A stretch of 44,588 nucleotides of DNA from contig JAYZFK010000018.1 of assembly GCA_036336835.1 (NCBI GenBank), positions 1-44,588 on the forward strand. Direction: 5' to 3'. Source of the DNA: Myxococcota bacterium. Its GTDB lineage: Bacteria > Myxococcota_A > UBA9160 > UBA4427. How positions within the stretch are numbered: position 1 is the stretch's first letter; each line of letters starts with the position of its first letter. Position numbers and translations under genes: made by a program. Below are positions 8,918-16,959 of the stretch, piece after piece. The notes beneath the pieces were generated by a model, which saw nothing but the letters and a program-made list of their open reading frames with translations, did not search any database and was not told where the DNA came from.

Positions 8918-9615
8918 TGTCGATGCCGTTCTATGTGTCACCCGAGCAGGTGATGGCCGACAAGGCCGAGTATGCACGCAAGGGCATTGCTCGCGGCAAG
9001 TCGATCGTGGCGCTCGAGTACGGCGGCGGGCTCCTGCTGATCGCCGAGAACGCAACCGGCCTCAACAAGCTCGGCGAGATCTACGATCGCATCGCCTTCG
9101 CGGGCGTCGGCAAGTTCAGCGAGTTCGACCAGCTCCGGAAGATCGGTGTGCGCTTTGCCGACACCAAGGGCTATGCCTACTCACGCGCTGACGTGCGCGG
9201 CAAGGGGCTGGCCAACGCCTACTCGCAGGTGATTGGCGAGTCCTTTACGCGCGATCTCAAGCCGCTCGAGGTCGAGATCATCATCGCCGAGGTCGGTGAC
9301 CCGCGGCTTACGGGTCACGAGACGAGCTCGATCTACAAGGTGATGTACGACGGCTTCATCAGCGATCACCAGGACTGGTGCGTGATCGGCGGCAATGTCG
9401 ACGACGTCGAGAGCGTGCTGCGGAACGAGTACGCCAACGCCCTGCCCCTAGGGGATGCCGTCAATCTGGGGTGTAAGGCCCTCGCAAACGGCTCGAACGG
9501 GTCCTCCGGCCTCACGGCGGAGAACCTCGAGGCCTGTGTGCTCGATCAGGCACTCGAGGCGCGCAAGTTTCGACGCCTGTCCACCGAAGAAGTAAGCGGT
9601 ATGTTGGACGCCTAG
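8917..9615 (+). CDS. prcA: 20S proteasome alpha subunit
   Basis: MSMPFYVSPEQVMADKAEYARKGIARGKS, KLGEIYDRIAFAGVGK; start overlaps prcB stop. Confidence 0.96.
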   Translation: MSMPFYVSPEQVMADKAEYARKGIARGKSIVALEYGGGLLLIAENATGLNKLGEIYDRIAFAGVGKFSEFDQLRKIGVRFADTKGYAYSRADVRGKGLANAYSQVIGESFTRDLKPLEVEIIIAEVGDPRLTGHETSSIYKVMYDGFISDHQDWCVIGGNVDDVESVLRNEYANALPLGDAVNLGCKALANGSNGSSGLTAENLEACVLDQALEARKFRRLSTEEVSGMLDA

Positions 9616-9659
9616 CTGGGGCGGCGAAGACGCCTCGTAGGCCGAACACAGGCAAGCCG

Positions 9660-11066
9660 GTGCAAAAACGGATCTACGGCCTCGAGACGGAGTACGGAAT
9701 CATCTTCACGCCCGAAGGTCGGAAGACCTTGCCGGTCGAGAAGGCGATCCGCTTCCTCTTCGAGAAGCTGATCACCACAGAGCACTTCCTGAACGTGTTC
9801 CTCGAGAACGGGGCACGCTTCTACCAGGACACGGGCTGTCACCCCGAATACGCGACGCCCGAGTGCATCTCGCCGAAGCAACTGGTCATCTACGACAAGG
9901 CCGGCGAGCGAATCCTCGAGGATCTGCAGAACTACGCCGACGAGAAGATCCGCGAAGAACGCATTCCGGGGAAGCTCTCGATCTTCAAGAACAACACCGA
10001 CTTCGTCGGGAACAGCTACGGCTGCCACGAGAACTATCTCGTCGACCGCGATGTCGACTTCTACTACCTGGCCGAGCAGTTGATCCCGTTCCTGGTGACG
10101 CGCCAGATCTACACCGGCGCCGGCAAGGTCTTCCAGACCCAGGACGGCGTGCACTATTGCGTCAGTCAGCGCGCCCAGCACATTTATCAGAAGATCTCGG
10201 GCACCACGACCAACGACCGCTCGATCATCAATACACGCGACGAACCTCACGCCGACCGCGAGAAGTACCGCCGGCTGCACGTGATCGTCGGCGATTCGAA
10301 CATGAGCGAGTACACCAACTTTCTCAAGGTGGGTGCCTGCTCCATCGTCCTGCAGATGATCGAGGACAACTACATCAACAAGGACTTCACGCTTCGCAAC
10401 CCCGTGAAGGCCATCAAGGACATCACCTACGACGTCAGCTGCAAGCGGCGACTCCGCCTCGACAACGGTCGCGAGTACTCGCCGATCGAGGTTCAGCGCG
10501 AGTACTGTGAGCTGGCGCAGAAGTACATCGAGCAGTACCCGGTCAGCGAGGAGCACCAGGAAGCGGTCGGGATGTGGCAGCATGTTCTCGACTGCCTCGA
10601 TCGCGACCCCAACGAGCTCGACCGCCAGGTCGACTGGGTCATCAAGCGCACGATGATCCAGCGCTGGATCGATCGCCACGATTCGAGCTGGTCCGACCCG
10701 CGCGTGTTCATGCTCGACCTGCAGTACCACGATATTCGCCTGAACCGCGGGCTGTACTATCTGCTCGAGCGTAAGGGCGCCGTGGATCGCTGCTTCGGCG
10801 ACGATGAGATTATCAAGGCGAAGACCGAGCCGCCGCCGGACACGCGAGCCAAGATGCGCGGCGAGTTCATCAAGCTCGCGCGGCAGAACTCGATCCAGTA
10901 CGACCTCGACTGGTCGAACATCCGGCTCGGCAACCTGCTCAATGTTCGCGTGATCTGCAACAATCCGTTCGAGACGGACACCGAGAAGGTCGCGGAGCTC
11001 GTGCGTACCATCCAGAAGACCAACCTTCGCAAGACGAGTCTCAGCAAGCTCGTGATCCAGTCCTAG
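9660..11066 (+). CDS. pafA: Pup--protein ligase PafA (468 aa)
   Basis: KRIYGLETEYGI, FLENGARFYQDTGCHPEYATPEC, FKNNTDFVGNSYGCHENYL, DLQYHDI, PPDTRAKMRGEFI. Confidence 0.94.
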   Translation: MQKRIYGLETEYGIIFTPEGRKTLPVEKAIRFLFEKLITTEHFLNVFLENGARFYQDTGCHPEYATPECISPKQLVIYDKAGERILEDLQNYADEKIREERIPGKLSIFKNNTDFVGNSYGCHENYLVDRDVDFYYLAEQLIPFLVTRQIYTGAGKVFQTQDGVHYCVSQRAQHIYQKISGTTTNDRSIINTRDEPHADREKYRRLHVIVGDSNMSEYTNFLKVGACSIVLQMIEDNYINKDFTLRNPVKAIKDITYDVSCKRRLRLDNGREYSPIEVQREYCELAQKYIEQYPVSEEHQEAVGMWQHVLDCLDRDPNELDRQVDWVIKRTMIQRWIDRHDSSWSDPRVFMLDLQYHDIRLNRGLYYLLERKGAVDRCFGDDEIIKAKTEPPPDTRAKMRGEFIKLARQNSIQYDLDWSNIRLGNLLNVRVICNNPFETDTEKVAELVRTIQKTNLRKTSLSKLVIQS

Positions 11067-11074
11067 CGACGCTG

Positions 11075-11440
11075 ATGTCCGAGCCGCAGTCGCCCCCGAG
11101 ACTCAGCGTCGTCGAGCCGCCGCCCGTTGCCGAGTCGGCCCCTCCGCGTCGCAGCCGGCTGCCCTGGCTGTTGGGAGTCGCGGCGCTCGGGTTTGCCTGG
11201 TTGTGGCTCGACCAGCTAGAGCACACGCAGCGCGTCGAGCGGCAGGTGTACGGACTCGAGTCCGAGCTCGCGAGTGCCCGCGACGACCTCGTCGCCTGGG
11301 AAGCCCGCATGCAGGACGTGCGCAGCGGGATCGAGGGCCTCGTGAGTCAGCTCGAATCCCTGCGCTCCCTGGTGGCGCCGGCCCCCGTCGACGCGCTGTT
11401 GCCCGATCCGGGCGACGCCGATCTCCCATCGGCGGAGTAG
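11075..11440 (+). CDS. Hypothetical single-pass membrane protein with coiled coil (121 aa)
   Basis: Basic patch, hydrophobic LPWLLGVAALGFAWLWL segment, then heptad-like helix; 8 nt after pafA stop. Confidence 0.75.
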   Translation: MSEPQSPPRLSVVEPPPVAESAPPRRSRLPWLLGVAALGFAWLWLDQLEHTQRVERQVYGLESELASARDDLVAWEARMQDVRSGIEGLVSQLESLRSLVAPAPVDALLPDPGDADLPSAE

Positions 11441-11600
11441 CACGCCGCAGGCATTGCCCCACGACATTCCAGCACCAGTTTCGCGGGCCGGGGGGCACTT
11501 TGGCCTCAACCGCTGCGGGCTCCTTCCGATACGACGGTAAGTGGCTGCGTGTATGCCCGGGCGCTGCCCAACCCAAGCAACGGGCAGGGAACTCCCACAG

Positions 11601-12638
11601 ATGATCCTCGACAACATCGCAGGTTGGTTCTCCCACGACCTCGCCATCGACCTCGGCACCGCGAACACGCTCGTCTATGGCAAGGGCCAGGGACTGATGT
11701 GTTCGGAGCCGAGCGTCGTGGCCGTCGCCGACGACCGCCACGGCCGCGGACAGCGCGTGCTCGCCGTTGGACACAGAGCCAAGGAAATGCTCGGTCGCAC
11801 CCCCGGATCGATCCGGGCGATCCGCCCGATCAAGGACGGTGTGATCGCCGATTTCGAGATCACCGAGGCGATGCTTCGCTACTTCATCCAGCGTGCGCAC
11901 AACCGCGCGAAGTTGGTCCGCCCGCGGATCGTGATTTGCGTTCCGCCCTGCATTACCAGCGTCGAGAAGCGAGCCGTGCGCGAGAGCGCGCTGTCGGCAG
12001 GTGCCCGCGAGGTCTTCTTGATCGAGGAGCCGATGGCTGCGGCGATTGGTGCGGGGCTCGATGTCACGGCGCCGACCGGCAACATGGTGGTCGACATCGG
12101 TGGCGGCACGACCGACGTCGCCGTGATCTCGCTCTCGGGCATCGTCGCCTCCCGCTCCATTCGGACGGGCGGTGACAAGATGGACGAGGCGATCATCAAC
12201 TACGTCAAGCGCAAGTACAACATGCTGATCGGTGAGAGGACGGCCGAGATGGTCAAGATGACCATCGGCACCGCCGCGGCGAACACCAAGACCACGACCA
12301 CGGAGCTCAAGGGCCGCGACCTCGTTGCCGGCATCCCCAAGGTCGTCGTCGCGACCTCCGACGAGATCCGCGAAGCGCTGGTCGAGCCGATCCAGTCGAT
12401 CGTCCAGACAGTCCACCTCACCCTCGAGCGCACTCCGCCCGAGCTGGCCGCCGACATCGTCGACCGCGGCATCATGCTCGTCGGTGGGGGCTCGCTGCTC
12501 CAGGATCTCGATCAGGTACTCCGCCACGAGACGAAGCTCCCGATCCTGCGGAGCGAGGACCCCTACACGGCGGTCGTGCACGGCGCCGGCGGGGCACTCG
12601 ACAACCTCACGCTGCTGCGCGAGGTCGCGATCGACTAG
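11601..12638 (+). CDS. mreB: Rod shape-determining actin-like protein MreB (345 aa)
   Basis: DLAIDLGTANTLV, IRPIKDGVIADF, VDIGGGTTDVAVISL, LERTPPELAADI. Confidence 0.96.
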   Translation: MILDNIAGWFSHDLAIDLGTANTLVYGKGQGLMCSEPSVVAVADDRHGRGQRVLAVGHRAKEMLGRTPGSIRAIRPIKDGVIADFEITEAMLRYFIQRAHNRAKLVRPRIVICVPPCITSVEKRAVRESALSAGAREVFLIEEPMAAAIGAGLDVTAPTGNMVVDIGGGTTDVAVISLSGIVASRSIRTGGDKMDEAIINYVKRKYNMLIGERTAEMVKMTIGTAAANTKTTTTELKGRDLVAGIPKVVVATSDEIREALVEPIQSIVQTVHLTLERTPPELAADIVDRGIMLVGGGSLLQDLDQVLRHETKLPILRSEDPYTAVVHGAGGALDNLTLLREVAID

Positions 12639-12921
12639 TTGGGCCGCGCGGGGCTGAGGCGGCGAGCGCTATCTGCACGGCCGCCTCGATATCGGCGACG
12701 CTGTACATCTCCCAGATCTGGGCGCCGGGAATCTTCACGCCGAGCGCCAGCTCGAGCCCCTCGATCAGCTCGAACAGATCGAGCGTTTCGACGCCGAGCT
12801 GCGAGAGCGAGACCCGGAGCGAGAGCTCTTCGGCCGGGAGACCGAGGCCGCAACCGATCAGTGCGCGGACGTTGGGAGGCCTCGGATCAGGCGGTGCCGG
12901 GATCGGGGGGCAGAGTGACAT
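12607..12921 (-). CDS. Acyl-carrier-protein-like protein with Thr in place of the phosphopantetheine Ser (104 aa)
   Basis: LSQLGVETLDLFELIEGLELALGVKIP...MYSVADIEAAV follows the ACP pattern LGxDSLDxxELxxxLExxFGxxIP...TVxD; GAGGAG RBS; 23 nt downstream of the glycosyltransferase stop. Confidence 0.7.
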   Translation of the reverse strand: MSLCPPIPAPPDPRPPNVRALIGCGLGLPAEELSLRVSLSQLGVETLDLFELIEGLELALGVKIPGAQIWEMYSVADIEAAVQIALAASAPRGPTSRSRPRAAA

Positions 12922-12944
12922 CGGTCGTGCTCTCCTCACCCGGC

Positions 12945-14228
12945 CTAGACCGCTACGGCCTCGGCGACGGGGTCGCCGAGCGACATCTCGCGCAACCGGG
13001 TGCTCAGCCCAGCGAGACCTGCCAGGTCGATCCGGCTCCTGTCGGGCAGCGAGACCTCGCGCTCGAGCCAGCTCGCGATCACCTCTGGCGTGAGCTCGTC
13101 CGGATGGCAGACGTCGAGCAGACCGAGAGCGCTGAAGCGCTCGGCGCGGATCCACTGCTCGCGACGCGGAACGACTCGCGGAACCACCAGTGCGGGCTTC
13201 TGGTGGGCGACGATCTCGCACACGCTGTTGTAGCCGCCCATCGAGATCACGCGCTCGGCGCGCCGCAACAGCTCGGCCGGCTCGCGCACGAAGTCGAGAA
13301 TTCGCAGGCGCGGGTTCGTCGCCGCCCGCTGCCGTAGCTGGCGTCGGACTGCCTCCGGCATGAAGGGCCCTGTCAAGATCACTCCGAAGAGGTGGCTCGG
13401 TAGCTCGGCCCGCGAGAAGGCGTCGACCAGTCGTGCACCGTCCTCGCCGCCGCCGACCGAGCACAGCACGTACGGGCCCGGGGGCGCGTGGGCTTCGAAA
13501 TCCCAGTGCGCCTGCTCGAGCGCTGCGGGTGTGGAGATGCGGCGGTCGAGATAGCCGACGTAGTCGAGCCGGGCGGCCGTCGCATCGGAGAAGCCATACT
13601 CTGCCGCCAGATCGACGATGCGTCGGTCACCGTAGACCCAGACATCGTCGTAGAACTCGCTGATCGCACCCTCGTTGTCCGCCTCGGCCCACTCGCGAGC
13701 GACGACCTCGGGGTCGTCGAGGATGTCGCGCAGGCCCAGGATGCAGCGCGTCCCGCGTTGGCGAAGCTGCCGGAGGGTGTTCTCGAGCTCGCCGCCGACT
13801 CCGCGCGGCACCTTGTCGACCACCAGGACGTCGGGGTCGAAGGCGGCGACCGCCCCGGCGATGGCTCGGCCGCGGGTTCGCAGCACCGAGGAGAGTGGCG
13901 CCCCGCAGACGGGCACGGTGCGGCCCGCGCGCTTGCGCAGGCCCGACAGCACCACCCGGTTGGACTGGGACTCCGGCAGCACACTCGCCTGGCCCGATCC
14001 GCTCAGGATCAGCGTCTGGTCGGCGGTCCCGCACTGGCGCAGCGACTGCGCGATCAGCAGGTTGCGCCGCACGTGGCCCAGGCCGACGGTGTCGTGCGAG
14101 TAGAACGCGACGCGTAGCCCGGACCCGTATTGGTGCGCCCGGAAGGGAGAGATCTGGAGATTGCCGCGGTCCCCCGCAGGGATGCTGGTGTCGAAGGGGG
14201 GGGGCTGTACGTTGCCGAGGGCTTGCAT
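12945..14228 (-). CDS. GT-B fold glycosyltransferase (COG4671-like, GT28 C-terminal-like)
   Basis: FYSHDTVGLGHVRRNLLIA, VVDKVPRG, LGLRDILD, SVGGGEDG, SMGGYNSVCE, EQWIRA; AGGAG RBS before ATG 14228. Confidence 0.88.
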   Translation of the reverse strand: MQALGNVQPPPFDTSIPAGDRGNLQISPFRAHQYGSGLRVAFYSHDTVGLGHVRRNLLIAQSLRQCGTADQTLILSGSGQASVLPESQSNRVVLSGLRKRAGRTVPVCGAPLSSVLRTRGRAIAGAVAAFDPDVLVVDKVPRGVGGELENTLRQLRQRGTRCILGLRDILDDPEVVAREWAEADNEGAISEFYDDVWVYGDRRIVDLAAEYGFSDATAARLDYVGYLDRRISTPAALEQAHWDFEAHAPPGPYVLCSVGGGEDGARLVDAFSRAELPSHLFGVILTGPFMPEAVRRQLRQRAATNPRLRILDFVREPAELLRRAERVISMGGYNSVCEIVAHQKPALVVPRVVPRREQWIRAERFSALGLLDVCHPDELTPEVIASWLEREVSLPDRSRIDLAGLAGLSTRLREMSLGDPVAEAVAV

Positions 14229-14250
14229 TGCTTCTCCTGCGGGGACTTTA

Positions 14251-14267
14251 TGCAAGCTTAACGCCAA
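14251..14267 (-). promoter_or_regulatory. Candidate sigma54 promoter of the glycosyltransferase/ACP-like operon
   Basis: Minus strand TTGGCGTTAAGCTTGCA (GG-N10-GC) in an AT-rich patch; predicted +1 near 14240 leaves a ~12-nt leader containing the RBS. Confidence 0.75.
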
Positions 14268-14274
14268 TATTAGA

Positions 14275-14290
14275 TGGGAAATTTTTCCCA
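14275..14290. promoter_or_regulatory. Palindromic site TGGGAAA-TT-TTTCCCA
   Basis: Perfect 7-bp inverted repeat immediately upstream of the -24 element. Confidence 0.6.
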
Positions 14291-14446
14291 ACTATTTCGT
14301 GTTGTTCTGATGGATCGGCGAGTTGACGTGAGCTCTGAATCGGGGGATCTACCCAGCAACTGCGTGGGATCCCGCATCTCGACGGGCCTAGGTCGCGCGG
14401 GGGGTGGCTCGCCGATCTGGTGCCCGCTCGAGGCTTCCGCAGCCGG

Positions 14447-15061
14447 CTAGTCCGGCGACATCACTGCCAGCGCCAGCTGCATTGCCATCTGCAGGTCGCC
14501 GACGATGTCGATCTTGCCGCTCAGGAAGGCTTCCTGCGGGTCGATCTCGCCTGCGCGCAGCTGGGCGTAGATCTCCTGGTCGATCGACAGCTCACAATCG
14601 GGCTCCGCGGCGGGCTCGCCGCTGCCGAAGTGCGTGAGCAGTGTGAAGCCCTGGGCTCCCTCGAGCGAGAATCGGACCGTCCCGTTGACCAGGCGCAGAT
14701 TGTCGACCCGCAGCTTGGTGAAGAGGATGTCCTGCTTCAGGCCCGCCATCCCGCCGAGCAGGCCGAGGGCCGAGTCCGCGGACTCGCGCTCGATCGCCTC
14801 GCAGGCGGCGAGGTCGTGTACCAGCACCACGAACGGCTCGTGCGTCGGGCCGTCGCCAACGCTCATTCGACCGGCATCGATGTTCAGGTGGAAGGGGCTG
14901 TCGCTCGCGCCTTCGACGCGCGCTTCGATCGTGCCGTCGACGCCGATCAGGCCCCGGTAGACCCGCCCGTTCTCGCCCTCGGCCGCGAGCGTACGCGCGA
15001 GCGCGCGGTTGAACTGCTCGGGAACGCGCTCGGTATAGAAGCGCGCCGGACCCTCGCTCAT
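14447..15061 (-). CDS. SCP2 (sterol/lipid carrier) domain protein
   Basis: C-terminal GEIDPQEAFLSGKIDIVGDLQMAMQL SCP2 signature; start overlaps mltG stop. Confidence 0.8.
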   Translation of the reverse strand: MSEGPARFYTERVPEQFNRALARTLAAEGENGRVYRGLIGVDGTIEARVEGASDSPFHLNIDAGRMSVGDGPTHEPFVVLVHDLAACEAIERESADSALGLLGGMAGLKQDILFTKLRVDNLRLVNGTVRFSLEGAQGFTLLTHFGSGEPAAEPDCELSIDQEIYAQLRAGEIDPQEAFLSGKIDIVGDLQMAMQLALAVMSPD

Positions 15062-16065
15062 CGACGGCGCCTCCGCTGGTAGCGATCCACGGCGCGGTCG
15101 TGGTCGGCGTAGAGGACCGAGAAGTGGTGGGTGCCGTCGCCTCTGGACACGAAGAACAGGTAGTTGCTGTCGGCCGGCTTCACCACGGCGTGCAAGGCGT
15201 CCCGGCCGGGGCTCGCGATCGGTCCCGGAGGCAGACCCCGAATCCGATAGGTGTTGTACGGGTTCGAGGCGTCGTCGAGGTGTGCCCGGCGAAGGTTCCC
15301 GTCGAAGGCCGGGATGCCGAAGATGACGGTCGGGTCGGTCTCCAGTCGCATGCCGCGCTTCAGTCGATTGAGGAACACGGCGGCGATCACCGGGCGCTCT
15401 TCGGCGGCGCCGGTCTCCTTCTCGACGATCGAGGCGAGGGTCACGATCTCGTGCCGATCGAGCTCGCTGTCGCCCGCGAGCGGCTCGATCTCGTGCCAGA
15501 CTCTCTCGAACTGCTCGACCATCAGGCGTGCGACGTCGCGGCCCGACAGGCCCTTCGGCAGCCGATAGGTGTCGGGAAACAGGTAGCCCTCGAGGTCGTC
15601 GGCGGGGAGGCCGAGCTGGCTGGCGAGTGCCGCGTCGTGTACGGCCTCGAGGAAGGCGTCGGCCGGCGCGAGGCCGGCGTGCTCGATGCGAGCGGCGATC
15701 TCGCTGGCGCGCAGGCCCTCGGGAATCACCACCGGGTAGGTCCGGACCCTGCCGGCGACCAGGTGGTCGAGGATGGTGCTGGCGCTCCAGGAGGGCGAGA
15801 CCAGATATTCGCCGGCGTGCAGGGAGGTCGCGAGGTCGTGGTAGCGCGCCAGCCCGACGAACGCGCGTGCGTTGCGGATCAGACGCTCGCTCTCGAGTCG
15901 ATGGGCGATCTGGGAAAGGCCGGCGCCGGGCTGGATCGCAAAGGTCTGCTCGGCGCCCTGCAGGTCGAGGGGCCGCAGCTGGTCGCGCACGTACCCGGCG
16001 AATGCGGCGGCGGCGATCAGCCCGCTGGCAACCAGCGCGCCGAGCACGGGCTTCCAGTGCCTCAT
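15058..16065 (-). CDS. mltG: Endolytic transglycosylase MltG (YceG family)
   Basis: N-terminal TM, LEGYLFPDTY, LASIVEKET, NPYNTY...GLPPGPIASPG, YLFFVS. Confidence 0.95.
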   Translation of the reverse strand: MRHWKPVLGALVASGLIAAAAFAGYVRDQLRPLDLQGAEQTFAIQPGAGLSQIAHRLESERLIRNARAFVGLARYHDLATSLHAGEYLVSPSWSASTILDHLVAGRVRTYPVVIPEGLRASEIAARIEHAGLAPADAFLEAVHDAALASQLGLPADDLEGYLFPDTYRLPKGLSGRDVARLMVEQFERVWHEIEPLAGDSELDRHEIVTLASIVEKETGAAEERPVIAAVFLNRLKRGMRLETDPTVIFGIPAFDGNLRRAHLDDASNPYNTYRIRGLPPGPIASPGRDALHAVVKPADSNYLFFVSRGDGTHHFSVLYADHDRAVDRYQRRRRR

Positions 16066-16490
16066 GACGTCGGGATTCCTCGCGCGAGATAGGTACGCAG
16101 CAGGATCGAGGCGGCGACGGCGTCGACGTGCTGCTTGCGCTTGTGGCCGCGCTTGCCGGTCAGGCCCATCTCGCGCAGCGCGCGCTCAGCCTCGACCGTG
16201 GTCCAGCGCTCGTCGATCAGATCCACCTCGAGTTCGGTCGCCCGGCCGAGTGCTCTGGCAAACCGCTCGGCGGCCTCGGCCTCCGGCCCGTGCCGCCCGT
16301 TCAGGTGGATCGGCAGGCCCACCACGACCCGCTCGACGGCGTGCTCGCGGATCAGGGCCGCCAAGGCGACGAGGTCCCGCTTGGTGCCCCGGCGCTCGAG
16401 CGCCGCCAGCGGGTAGGCGATCGTGGCGTCGGGGTCGGACAGGGCGAGTCCGATGCGGCGGCTGCCGAGGTCGATTCCGAGGACGCGCAT
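16062..16490 (-). CDS. ruvX: Holliday junction resolvase-like / pre-16S rRNA nuclease YqgF (142 aa)
   Basis: MRVLGIDLGSRRIGLALSD, VVVGLP, DERWTT, VDAVAASILL. Confidence 0.93.
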   Translation of the reverse strand: MRVLGIDLGSRRIGLALSDPDATIAYPLAALERRGTKRDLVALAALIREHAVERVVVGLPIHLNGRHGPEAEAAERFARALGRATELEVDLIDERWTTVEAERALREMGLTGKRGHKRKQHVDAVAASILLRTYLARGIPTS

Positions 16491-16959
16491 GCGGTCGAGA
16501 ATAGCCGTGCCGCCCTGCCCGGGGTCAGGCGGGGGCCGCCGCGGCGAGCCAAGCAGACCCGGCTCGAGCCGCCAGCTCGAGAGGCCGTGAGCGGGCCCCT
16601 GCCTGGACACGTGCTCGGTTTGGGTTTGGCAGCCGGACTCGATCATCTCGTTCTCCACTGGAGCCTGTGCGCAGCGCCCGCCCTCGCTGTCTTCGTCGCG
16701 TGGTCGCCCAGCCTTGATGGCCCGGTGTCAGCAAGCCCCCGGTTCGATAGGGGTTTCATCACTACATTCGACTTTTTTTCGTCTCCTCCATTGCTCGCCC
16801 TGCGCCCGCTGGCTACGTTGTCGATGTCGCGCTGTTTCCCCCCGATGGCGCCAGCGCCGCAGCCCTCCTTGCGGTCCTGAGAGCGCCCACGCCATTACAG
16901 CGCCTTCCGACCACGATCAACGGCAAGAGCCCTTACGGCCCGCGGAGCCGAGTTCCAAA

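Noticed and set aside
16718..16733. TGGCCCGGTGTCAGCA as a third sigma54 site
   Set aside because: Has GG-N10-GC but lacks the TT before GC and the GGCAC block; expected by chance in GC-rich DNA
16525..16734. 69-aa minus-strand ORF and N-terminal extension of ruvX to 16658
   Set aside because: Arg/Gly/Pro-rich low-information sequence without family motifs; ruvX homology begins at 16490
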